Source: a virus. Taken from it: DNA of 64,000 nucleotides. Under the pieces are notes generated by a model. It was not told the DNA's origin and did not search any database. It saw only the letters and a program-made list of their open reading frames with translations. The position numbers were made by a program, and so were the translations under genes. The stretch covers positions 96,001-160,000 of the IMG/VR virus record IMGVR_UViG_3300025436_000002. One strand, written 5' to 3'. Shown here piece after piece: positions 55,837 to 64,000 of the stretch (the first letter of the stretch is position 1; each line of letters begins with the position of its first letter).

Positions 55837-57585
55837 ATGAGTTTAGAAAATATTAGACAACTTAGTAAAGGACTTTTAAATGAAGGTCTTAATAGAAATG
55901 TATATCAAAAGATTATTAAAGATATCGAACTAGGTATTGAGCTTGAGGTTATTTATAATGGGGATAACATTTATAGACATGGCGGAGACTCTGATGAGCA
56001 AGATGCTGTGATAGATTTCAGTTCTGACCTGTCTTACTTCAAAGGTCAACTTAAAGCTTTTGAGGAGATAGCTGATTTCTTCTATGACATGTTAAAGCCA
56101 GATACTTTTAAATATCTGAGATCTAAGGGCGAGAAGTATGTCCCACATATTACAGAGTTTAGTTCAAATTTTGAAGGTTCTTTATATCGTCTTAAGAATG
56201 ACGTTGAATCTGAGCTTGACGAACGTATACAAGAGTGTGAAGACATCTATGATACATATGAAAGATATATACCAGAGATTGAAGATATGCCCAACAAATA
56301 TTTTCTTGAATATACTGAAGTGCCTTATGGTGAAGGACATGGAAACTTTACCTATCCAGAGGATGCGGAAGTTACTTATGAAAAAGAGATAACTGAGGCT
56401 AAGGGTAAGTTGTTAGATGTACTGGGAGATCGTCTTATTGAATTATATAATCAAAAATATGAACTAGACCCTGCTAAAAAGAATACTCTTCATGCTGTCG
56501 AATTAACTATAGATGACTATTCTGGAGGAGGTAGTGAGGTAGGTAGTGAGGTAGGTAGTGAAGGAGGTGTTGATCCTGATGACGTAAGACGTTATCTTGA
56601 AGATACTACTGCTGGAGAACTCATGACTGAATTTGAGGTTGAAGGTTTAGGTCAATGGAGTTATGAAACAGATAGTTCCCTTAATGAGGGAGGGGTTGAA
56701 TTGGTATCCCCTGTTGTAGGTTTTGATGATTTCGTAAATTTAATACCTCAACTCTGTAATGCTCTGAATGCAGAATCTTTTGAATCTGATGAATCTTGTG
56801 GTTATCATATAGGCTTGTCTAGTTACAACTTTAATATCCAAGATATGATTAAACAGATTATGGATTACTATAAAGCTAAAGGTTATAACTTATTAACTTC
56901 TTACATAATAGCTACTCAACAAGGGTATAAAGCTACTTATAGACATAATGATAAGTATAGTAGGGACGAAACTACTTCCTATGCAGAATCATTGATGAGT
57001 TGGGTAGGTGGCCATCGTCTAAGAAGTAAGAGTTTTGATGAGATACTACACTCTAATGAATTTGATACAGAAGTGCTTAAATTTATGAACAGTAAGTATT
57101 CAAATACAAACTTATTGCATAAAAACTATGTAGAACTTAGGGTTCTGGGGGGCGGAAAAGGTTTTAGAGTTCTTAGAAATGAAAGTATGCTAAGAAAATA
57201 CCTATATGATGCTATCTCACAAGTTTATGGAGGTATTGATTTTGATTCCGAAGGTAAAGTTATTGTCAAAGAAGTGTCTGCTAAAGAAATAGTTAAGCTA
57301 GTTGACTTTTATGTTAGGGGTATTAATTATAAAGGAGCTCCTTCTAGTAATCCTACTTCTCAAAGTCACTTGGATAAGTCTAAAGAATATAAAGAGAAGA
57401 GAAAGACTGCTCAATGGAATAAGGGAGTTGAAAAAGCTAAAGAATCTACCCCTATAAAAGTTGGAGATATAACTAATCTAGGAAAAGTCACGGAGATTCT
57501 TAAAGGTGGAGAACAGTACGTAATCAATGGTGTAATACATAGTGCACGTAATGTACGTAGTTTAGAAGACGAGGTTCCATTTTAG
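55837..57585 (+). CDS. amidoligase-2-like protein, paralog 4
   Basis: LGIELE, DSSL, ELVSP, CGYHIGLS, VELR. Confidence 0.75.
   Translation: MSLENIRQLSKGLLNEGLNRNVYQKIIKDIELGIELEVIYNGDNIYRHGGDSDEQDAVIDFSSDLSYFKGQLKAFEEIADFFYDMLKPDTFKYLRSKGEKYVPHITEFSSNFEGSLYRLKNDVESELDERIQECEDIYDTYERYIPEIEDMPNKYFLEYTEVPYGEGHGNFTYPEDAEVTYEKEITEAKGKLLDVLGDRLIELYNQKYELDPAKKNTLHAVELTIDDYSGGGSEVGSEVGSEGGVDPDDVRRYLEDTTAGELMTEFEVEGLGQWSYETDSSLNEGGVELVSPVVGFDDFVNLIPQLCNALNAESFESDESCGYHIGLSSYNFNIQDMIKQIMDYYKAKGYNLLTSYIIATQQGYKATYRHNDKYSRDETTSYAESLMSWVGGHRLRSKSFDEILHSNEFDTEVLKFMNSKYSNTNLLHKNYVELRVLGGGKGFRVLRNESMLRKYLYDAISQVYGGIDFDSEGKVIVKEVSAKEIVKLVDFYVRGINYKGAPSSNPTSQSHLDKSKEYKEKRKTAQWNKGVEKAKESTPIKVGDITNLGKVTEILKGGEQYVINGVIHSARNVRSLEDEVPF
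56530..56565 (+). repeat. 12-bp tandem coding repeat (GSEV x3)
   Basis: ggtagtgaggta x2 plus ggtagtgaagga. Confidence 0.8.
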
Positions 57586-57586
57586 A

Positions 57587-59155
57587 ATGAGTTTAGAGAA
57601 TATAAGACAACTTGGAAAAGGACTTTTAAACGAAGGTCTTAATAGAAATGTTTATCAAAGAATCATTAAAGATATAGAACTCGTTATTGAACTTGAAGTT
57701 ATTTATGAGAACGATTTGATGGGTGGGGATGATTTATCCTCTGGGCAGGATTCTTATTTGGACGACATCTATATTGGGGATGATGCAGACTCTTTCAATG
57801 CTAAAATAGTAGAGTTTAACGATTATATAGATACTATTTACCATATTCTAGGAAACCAATGTTTTGACTACTTACACGAGAAAACTAACATATACCTTCC
57901 TAATGATGTAGAGGAACTAGATACTAATATTAGTGGAGATAGTCATAGCCTTCTAAATGAACAAAAATCTGAAATAGATAAGAGACTTAATGAATGTGAA
58001 ACCATAATAGAAGACTATAATAAATACTTAAAAATATTTAAAGATATACCTGACGAAGCTTGGATTGACGACACTGGATTAGAAGGCGAAGAGCTCCTAG
58101 AGGCTAAACAAAAAGACTTTGAAGATTTCCTACTATATGTGCATAATTTAAGTAATATTTTAGATACCCTCAAATCCCTAAAGGCAGAGTTATTAATGGG
58201 TATTGAAATGATAATTGAGCAACCAGTTTCTGATAACATCGGGAATGGGAGTGGGCGTGACTCTGACGAATCTCAAGCTGATCTTGTAATGAATGATATA
58301 GAACATACTGGACCTGTAAGACTTATGAGGGAAATGGATGAATTTGATATTAGTGGTAAGAGATCATGGGAATTCGTAGATGACGGTTCTTTGAGTTCTG
58401 GAGGGGTCGAGATGGTATCCCCAGTAGTATCCTATAAAAATTTTATTGATTATATTCCTAGAATATGTACGTCTTTAGCTGAGAATGGATTCCATGCTGA
58501 TAAATCTTGCGGTTATCATATAGGATTGTCCAGTAGTTCCTTTAGTCTCCCAAGCCTTATAAGCGATACAATAGAACATTATGGAAAGCTCGGATACAAC
58601 AAATTAACATCTACTATCATAGCTACTCAACAAGGTTATAAAACTGTCTTTAGACACAACAATCCAGAACGAGATGAAAGTTATAGGTACACTATATCTC
58701 TTTTAGACCATGTTATCTTTGCTACTTCATATCAGGATAGTATGACGGGAGATACTCTTGATGCTATTAAGAATTCCAGTCTTGATGATCTACTCCACTC
58801 TAATAAATTCGATGCCTCTGTTGCTAAGTTCCGTATCGAAAAATTTACAAACGTAAATAGACTCCACAATAATAAATATATTGAGCTCAGAGTACTTGGA
58901 GGTGTTGAGGGATTCGAGATTCTCAAAGATGAGAATAAACTAAAGAGATATTTATATGATGCTATCTCTCAAGTCTATGGAGCGGTTGATTTTGATAAGG
59001 CTACTGGAGAAGCTAAAATTAAAGAGATGTCTGCTAACGAGATAGTTAAGCTTATGGATTTCTATTTAAGAAAAGTGAGACAGGAGAGAGAGCCTGATAA
59101 TGTTTATAAACAAAATAGGGAAGCTATTAAACTTAGAAATAATGGAGGATTGTGA
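57587..59155 (+). CDS. amidoligase-2-like protein, paralog 5 (tandem duplicate of paralog 4)
   Basis: Near-identical first 40 aa; DGSL, EMVSP, CGYHIGLS, IELR. Confidence 0.75.
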   Translation: MSLENIRQLGKGLLNEGLNRNVYQRIIKDIELVIELEVIYENDLMGGDDLSSGQDSYLDDIYIGDDADSFNAKIVEFNDYIDTIYHILGNQCFDYLHEKTNIYLPNDVEELDTNISGDSHSLLNEQKSEIDKRLNECETIIEDYNKYLKIFKDIPDEAWIDDTGLEGEELLEAKQKDFEDFLLYVHNLSNILDTLKSLKAELLMGIEMIIEQPVSDNIGNGSGRDSDESQADLVMNDIEHTGPVRLMREMDEFDISGKRSWEFVDDGSLSSGGVEMVSPVVSYKNFIDYIPRICTSLAENGFHADKSCGYHIGLSSSSFSLPSLISDTIEHYGKLGYNKLTSTIIATQQGYKTVFRHNNPERDESYRYTISLLDHVIFATSYQDSMTGDTLDAIKNSSLDDLLHSNKFDASVAKFRIEKFTNVNRLHNNKYIELRVLGGVEGFEILKDENKLKRYLYDAISQVYGAVDFDKATGEAKIKEMSANEIVKLMDFYLRKVRQEREPDNVYKQNREAIKLRNNGGL

Positions 59156-59694
59156 TCATGACAGGAAGACGTATAATAAATCATTGGTCTGTTTCAGGGT
59201 ATACCCCTAACGCTACTGACTTTGAACATTACCATTTTATAATAGCTGGAAACGGGGATGTGTATCATGGAGATCATAAAATAGAAGCTAATGATAATAC
59301 ATCGGATGATGACTATGCTCAACATACTGGTGGAGGCAATACCAAGAGTATTGGAGTGGCTGTATCGGCTATGCTGGGGTATGAGTCTCCTAAGAAAGTA
59401 GGTAAATATCCTATAACTAAAGTTCAAATAGAAAAACTATTTGAATTAAATGCTAAGTTATTATTTAACGAGGGTTTTACTAAAGTAACTATCGAAAATT
59501 TAAAAACACATTATCAGTTTGGAAAAGAAAACCCTAAAACTTCAAGTGTTGGAAAGATCGATATCTGCTTCATCCCATACTATCCTAAGATAAAACCAGA
59601 CGACTGTGCTGACTTCATAAGGGAAAAAACCCAATGGTACTTAAATAAGATAGTTACTGGGGAATTAAATCCCAGGGTAACTCTAAAAAATTAA
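59152..59694 (+). CDS. N-acetylmuramoyl-L-alanine amidase (Amidase_2-like)
   Basis: HWS, YHF.I, AQHT.G.N..SIGV, TH, GKIDI. Confidence 0.8.
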   Translation: MIMTGRRIINHWSVSGYTPNATDFEHYHFIIAGNGDVYHGDHKIEANDNTSDDDYAQHTGGGNTKSIGVAVSAMLGYESPKKVGKYPITKVQIEKLFELNAKLLFNEGFTKVTIENLKTHYQFGKENPKTSSVGKIDICFIPYYPKIKPDDCADFIREKTQWYLNKIVTGELNPRVTLKN

Positions 59695-59702
59695 ATACTA
59701 AT

Positions 59703-59731
59703 AAAAGGATGAGGTTACTTATCCTTTTTTT
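59703..59731 (+). terminator. intrinsic terminator
   Basis: aaaaggatgag-gtta-cttatccttttttt. Confidence 0.8.
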
Positions 59732-59764
59732 GTTTAACATATCTTAATAATTAGCCTCACCTAC

Positions 59765-59793
59765 TTGAATTATCCTTAACACTATGTTATACT
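59765..59793 (+). promoter_or_regulatory. sigma70-type promoter
   Basis: TTGAAT-17-(TG)TATACT. Confidence 0.7.
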
Positions 59794-59848
59794 ATTTGTA
59801 AGTAGTCAATCAAGGGATTAGTGGAAAGGAAACATTATTAATTAACTT

Positions 59849-60166
59849 ATGGAATTAATAAATTGGAGAAATCTAAGTACAGTTATTCGAGACGGTTGTA
59901 AAAAGCGTACTGTCTCCGAGGTTAGAAACATGGTAAGTTATTTAGGATACCATGAAAATAAAATAATAGGGGCATATTTAAGTATGGAATTCGAAGAAGG
60001 ATACCTTAATGACTTAGCTAAAGATATTGGTAACTTAGAAAGTTATCTAGCTAAGGGAAAATACTCCGAAGACGACACTTTTATAATAGAATTAAAAAGA
60101 CAACGAGATGAATTAAAGAAAATACTTGAGATAGGAATGAGGGGGTATAAGACCAATGAAATGTAA
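59849..60166 (+). CDS. hypothetical protein
   Basis: ORF after the promoter. Confidence 0.65.
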   Translation: MELINWRNLSTVIRDGCKKRTVSEVRNMVSYLGYHENKIIGAYLSMEFEEGYLNDLAKDIGNLESYLAKGKYSEDDTFIIELKRQRDELKKILEIGMRGYKTNEM

Positions 60167-60443
60167 AGAATGTGGGAAAGAGATTATTCCCAATTACCTA
60201 GGTACATGTTCTAGTTGTATTCTAGTTGAAACTATGGATATATCCGTAAAAGAAGATTGTAAGTGTGAAGATAGATACCATAAAAAGTATGTAGGTTTCT
60301 TTAAAAATAGAATTGAATGTATTAAATGCGGTAAAGTTATCCAAGGAGATATTCCTAAATCTGAAGAAGAGTTGGAAGCCTCTAAAGGATGTTCTCCTAA
60401 CTTTATAATTCCAGTAGTGGTAGATATGGATAGAGATTGGTAG
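60156..60443 (+). CDS. Cys-rich zinc-finger protein
   Basis: CKEC, CSSC, CIKC. Confidence 0.7.
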   Translation: MKCKECGKEIIPNYLGTCSSCILVETMDISVKEDCKCEDRYHKKYVGFFKNRIECIKCGKVIQGDIPKSEEELEASKGCSPNFIIPVVVDMDRDW

Positions 60444-60450
60444 GTAAATC

Positions 60451-61122
60451 ATGGGGAACTATAAGAAGAAACCCGTAAAAAAGTCTGCAAAATCCATAAA
60501 GAAACAGTTGAAAGAGTATGCTATCAAAGCTAGGGTAGCCTGTGCGTACTGTGGAAATCATTATTCTGAGAAAAGAAAGATGAGTGTAGATCACGTAGTT
60601 CCTAAATCTTCTGAGGGGATAGCTTCTCTTGATAATCTTATCATCGCCTGTACTTTTTGTAACAGTGGGAAGAAGTGTAGTCTTCCTATGGGAGAATTTT
60701 TAGAGTTAAATCCTAAAGCTAAGGTTTTCTTAGGCAGGTACCTTGAGAAGATGAAGAAATGTGTTATAAACGGTAAAAATTATTTTAAAGAAATATCATG
60801 GGTACTTGACCCTCTTTATATTCTAAATGAGGATATAAAAAGAGAGGTGGATTCCATGAGTCTAGGTAAACTTAAAAAGATAATAAAAGAAAATAAAGAA
60901 CCTAGTGATGAAATTCAGGAGTATTTGGATAAGCTAGGATTTAGACACTATTCTGAGGATGAAGTAAAACCTGATCCAGAACAATTAGCCATGGGTATTA
61001 AAGTTGAAATGGAGCATACTACAAATAAAGAAGTGGCTAAACTTATAGCACTAGCTCATCTTTCGGAGATTCCCCTTTATTATACTTATCTTAAAAAAAT
61101 GGAATCTGAACATGGTGGTTAG
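60451..61122 (+). CDS. HNH endonuclease in frame with a DUF5661-like domain
   Basis: CAYCG...VDHVVPKS...NLIIAC..CN..K; then QLAMGIKVEMEHT...IAL.HL.E.P.YY..L..ME. Confidence 0.75.
   Translation: MGNYKKKPVKKSAKSIKKQLKEYAIKARVACAYCGNHYSEKRKMSVDHVVPKSSEGIASLDNLIIACTFCNSGKKCSLPMGEFLELNPKAKVFLGRYLEKMKKCVINGKNYFKEISWVLDPLYILNEDIKREVDSMSLGKLKKIIKENKEPSDEIQEYLDKLGFRHYSEDEVKPDPEQLAMGIKVEMEHTTNKEVAKLIALAHLSEIPLYYTYLKKMESEHGG
60856..61122 (+). CDS. nested in-frame leader-bearing DUF5661-like protein
   Basis: GAGGTG SD, late motif at 60815, MSLGKLKKIIKE leader. Confidence 0.6.
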   Translation: MSLGKLKKIIKENKEPSDEIQEYLDKLGFRHYSEDEVKPDPEQLAMGIKVEMEHTTNKEVAKLIALAHLSEIPLYYTYLKKMESEHGG

Positions 61123-61124
61123 AT

Positions 61125-61190
61125 TGTAACATTAAGTTTACATGTCTAGTAGATGACATTGACTTTGTATTCAATGTCATCTATAATTAT
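61125..61190 (+). promoter_or_regulatory. stem-loop sigma70-type promoter module
   Basis: 13-bp IR tagatgacattga/tcaatgtcatcta; TTGACT 61159; TATAAT 61182. Confidence 0.8.
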
Positions 61191-61223
61191 AAAGTGATTA
61201 AATTTATGAAGGAGCTGGAAGAT

Positions 61224-61661
61224 ATGAATAAACAGAGAGGTAGGCTGCCTGAGTATAAAAATCCTGCGTTAGTGTTTGTATATGGAAGTCTTAAAAAAGG
61301 ATTTAGAAATAACAAAGTTTTAGGAGACTCTAAGTATGTTGGAACATTTAAAACTACTACTAAATTTAAGATGTTGGACTTAGGATACTACCCTGCACTT
61401 ATGTTGGATGATGTGGGTGGTAACGTAGTCCTTGGCGAACTTTATGAAGTCTCTGGGGATACCTTTGAAAGATTAGACCAGCTTGAGGGGTACCCTCATA
61501 TGTATGATAGAGATATCATAACATTGAGTAATGGAAGTAAGGCATGGGTATACTTCATGAAGAAAGATAACTATAATGCAACGGCAGACTTGGTAGAGCC
61601 AAATAAGGGAGGTCTATTAATTTGGACTGAGAAGCCTCTTCAGAATAGGAGGACTATCTGA
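61224..61661 (+). CDS. gamma-glutamylcyclotransferase (AIG2-like)
   Basis: VFVYGSLKKG, YPAL, GELYEV, LD.LEG.P..Y.R, AWVY. Confidence 0.9.
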   Translation: MNKQRGRLPEYKNPALVFVYGSLKKGFRNNKVLGDSKYVGTFKTTTKFKMLDLGYYPALMLDDVGGNVVLGELYEVSGDTFERLDQLEGYPHMYDRDIITLSNGSKAWVYFMKKDNYNATADLVEPNKGGLLIWTEKPLQNRRTI

Positions 61662-61956
61662 ATCTTCATCTAGGACTAATATTCAAAGCAGACACTTCTG
61701 GAGTGTACACTTTAGTAAGTCATAGGAGTCTACTTAAAATAATAATAAATCCAATACTACGTCAATTTGGTTTTTATATAAACTCAACTACCAATGAATC
61801 CAGAAATGATATCATTGGACTGAAGTTATGTAAACTCCCTAAAGGACTACGTATAAATATAATAGATGGGTATAAGGATTCCCTATATTACTTAATAACA
61901 AGTAGGCACATGGTAGTTAAAAAAAGAATATTTTTTTAATATACTGTTACATAGAC

Positions 61957-62010
61957 TTGCAATTATATCAAAGATAGTGTATACTAGTTAAGTAAGGTTA
62001 ATTAAGAGGA
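61957..62010 (+). promoter_or_regulatory. promoter module
   Basis: TTGCAA-17-TATACT plus gtaaggttaattaagagg leader. Confidence 0.7.
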
Positions 62011-62017
62011 CTATTTT

Positions 62018-62287
62018 ATGAAAGTATCAGAAGTTAACGGAACTCTAAAAGTACATCGTATTGCAAGTAGAAATAAAACTATTCAAAAGTACTTAGTAAC
62101 TTTGTTCAGAGGTTCTGAAGAAAAACTTCTAGCTAAACTCGATGGAGATATTTCAAACTTAGTTACATTCTGTGATAATAATTATTCGTTCGAAAATCTA
62201 GACCGTATTTGTCATTACGGTGGATGTGTTACCACAGCTACTTTTGAGGGTCTTACTACTTTCACGGTGGAGGTGTTTGTTGACTAG
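62018..62287 (+). CDS. hypothetical protein
   Basis: SD plus promoter. Confidence 0.7.
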   Translation: MKVSEVNGTLKVHRIASRNKTIQKYLVTLFRGSEEKLLAKLDGDISNLVTFCDNNYSFENLDRICHYGGCVTTATFEGLTTFTVEVFVD

Positions 62288-62416
62288 TTGGAAATTATTT
62301 GATAAAAGGATTAACTCCCTATGTGCTAGATTAAGGATAACTAAGCAAGAGTTAATGACATGGAAATTTATAGACGTACAAAAAGCATTAGAATTAATGA
62401 ATTAAGGAGACAAGGC

Positions 62417-63130
62417 ATGGAAAAGTACATACAATCATTTAAAGATCAATTAAAAATACTTCCTGAGAGTGGCTATAAAAAGCAATTGGCTAAATACGGT
62501 GAAAGAGTTGCTAGAAATATTTACAATAGTAGTATTGTTAGTTTAGTTTCTCAAATATCTTTAACCGATAAGGATATAGAATTTAGCGTAGACGAGCTGA
62601 GTGGAAATATACCCGTAGAGAAGATTAAGCCAGTCTATATTCAATATGGGCATGATCTTGGAGTTGTTCGAGAACTTATATATGATGAGCCTTCTGATAT
62701 GAATACTATAGATAAGGCTGTCATGAAGTCATCTTCTGATATAAATAATCATTTCATGAACTACGTTTTAACGGATAGTCTCAAGAGTGTTCATATTGAG
62801 TTAGGTTCTTTAAAATATCTCTTAGAGAAACAAGTTGACAAACGTATTCTTATTGTAGGAAACGGGACTTTAGATAACTTGTTAAAATTAAAATATGCTA
62901 TAGACTCTACGGATTTAAAATACGCAGGTAATACTCCAGCTGGAGATTTGGTATACCACTCTAAGCATATCCCAACACAAACTATATTTATAATAGAACT
63001 TAAAAATGGAGTTAAATTATTAGAATATGTGGTTAAGAATCCATTAACTATCGTAGGATCTAATTACATGCATAAGGCTGGTATCATTCTAAAAAATCAC
63101 AATATTATAACTAAATATTCATTAATCTAA
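62417..63130 (+). CDS. hypothetical protein
   Basis: AAGGAG SD before the ATG at 62417. Confidence 0.7.
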   Translation: MEKYIQSFKDQLKILPESGYKKQLAKYGERVARNIYNSSIVSLVSQISLTDKDIEFSVDELSGNIPVEKIKPVYIQYGHDLGVVRELIYDEPSDMNTIDKAVMKSSSDINNHFMNYVLTDSLKSVHIELGSLKYLLEKQVDKRILIVGNGTLDNLLKLKYAIDSTDLKYAGNTPAGDLVYHSKHIPTQTIFIIELKNGVKLLEYVVKNPLTIVGSNYMHKAGIILKNHNIITKYSLI

Positions 63131-63160
63131 TGACCGAATAACATATTCTAGAGTTGATAA

Positions 63161-63191
63161 CTCCCTTTTATATTATAAGTATGAAGGGGAG
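63161..63191 (+). promoter_or_regulatory. late motif embedded in an SD-occluding hairpin
   Basis: ctcccttttatatt pairs with agtatgaaggggag. Confidence 0.55.
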
Positions 63192-63200
63192 GTTCTTCGT

Positions 63201-63491
63201 TTGGAAAGGTTTGAGGCATATATCTCTAATTTAAGTCCGTTAGAATTTGATATTCTTGAAGAACTTTGTCAAGAGTTTGATATTATCTTGACAAACCCCA
63301 CTACTTGCTTTAAAGATAGCAGTAGTCCTATTAGGTTTAATAAACACGATAAGAGAGAAACCGTTACTAGAGTATTACTTGTAAGTAATGATTTGAATAG
63401 CATAAAATTTATAAAGTATCTTATTAAGCATAGGAGAGATTCAATAGAGTGCTTAGAAAGTAATTTAGGTTATGAAATACCTACTATATAA
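63201..63491 (+). CDS. hypothetical protein (family with 23819 and 37103)
   Basis: FIKYLIKHRRDSIECL. Confidence 0.65.
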   Translation: MERFEAYISNLSPLEFDILEELCQEFDIILTNPTTCFKDSSSPIRFNKHDKRETVTRVLLVSNDLNSIKFIKYLIKHRRDSIECLESNLGYEIPTI

Positions 63492-64000
63492 TTAGCAACC
63501 CTTCTTCCGCCACCAAATCTCATCTTGCTTTCGTATTTAAGAGTGCTTGAGCTTCCACCATCCATGTTTATTGATCTAATACATCCTAGTTTCTTCATGA
63601 TACTTGAAGCCTTAGTTAGATTTGCATTTGATATAGTAACTAATAGCACATTTCCCTCTTTATCCATACCAAAGCATGTCCTAGGAACTCTTGCATTTTT
63701 AAATTGTTTGCTAAATTTATCTTGTGTTGAATATTGTACGCTGTCCTTAACGAGCCATGACCCTGCTGAAACTGGAGAGTCTCCTTCTAGCACGTCTTTC
63801 TTATCGTCTGTTATTAATATAGTTTTATCTTTCTTAAAAACTATGAAAGGTCTGCGGTAGTCTCCATATTTTATAGTTTTCCGAGTATTAACATTGAAGT
63901 ATGAAGCATTTATTCCAGACGTATAACCTTTTAAAGTATTGGATTCTTTAATGTTCGAGGGTTTAGTGGTTATAACTTTAACAATTACACCCCCTACTGT
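63470..64000 (-). CDS. phosphodiester glycosidase (NAGPA/DUF2233) family protein, 5' end outside the window
   Basis: Frame is open to the window end; GINASYFN, PRTCFG, INMDGGSS. Confidence 0.8.
   Translation of the reverse strand, partial: TVGGVIVKVITTKPSNIKESNTLKGYTSGINASYFNVNTRKTIKYGDYRRPFIVFKKDKTILITDDKKDVLEGDSPVSAGSWLVKDSVQYSTQDKFSKQFKNARVPRTCFGMDKEGNVLLVTISNANLTKASSIMKKLGCIRSINMDGGSSSTLKYESKMRFGGGRRVANYIVGIS

Noticed and set aside
302-60594. Minus-strand ORFs in the track (other than 63470) and short alternative-frame + ORFs (48049, 56138, 63525)
   Set aside because: They are shadows of well-supported genes, with no SD or recognisable motifs.
62417-63130. Degenerate major capsid protein
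   Set aside because: Only a vague impression; there is no diagnostic motif and no late motif upstream.
1-64000. Diversity-generating retroelement as the source of cassette variability
   Set aside because: No reverse transcriptase and no template/variable repeat pair with adenine-specific differences was seen.

Overview
This window looks like part of a large AT-rich lytic (probably jumbo) phage genome. It is densely packed and almost entirely on the + strand, uses the standard genetic code, and has strong AAGGAG ribosome-binding sites and TG-extended sigma70/sigmaA-type promoters. No core capsid, terminase or polymerase gene is recognisable. Two interleaved systems dominate. (1) About 55-60 small, hypervariable ORFs share a C-terminal (I/V)xK(Y/F)LMxxELL(K/R)* tail. 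The DNA encoding this tail is also the Shine-Dalgarno and ATGA overlap of the next gene. The ORFs sit in arrays behind repeated stem-loop promoter modules, and tail-only mini-ORFs, deletion products and chimeras suggest cassette-like shuffling at this junction. (2) A set of genes preceded by a TTTATATT(A/T/C)TA motif (putative late promoter), most carrying a shared N-terminal M(I/L)xRI(K/R)ELL...(L/I)NE leader reminiscent of a capsid-targeting peptide. These include five amidoligase-2-like paralogs and several ADP-ribosyltransferase-like proteins. Other recognisable genes are an HslV-like peptidase, an RNA ligase, an MT-A70 methyltransferase, GIY-YIG and HNH endonucleases, a HAD phosphatase, a metallophosphoesterase, a patatin, an amidase, a gamma-glutamylcyclotransferase and a phosphodiester glycosidase. 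There are also two candidate small RNAs. All calls come from reading motifs by eye; no searches were run.
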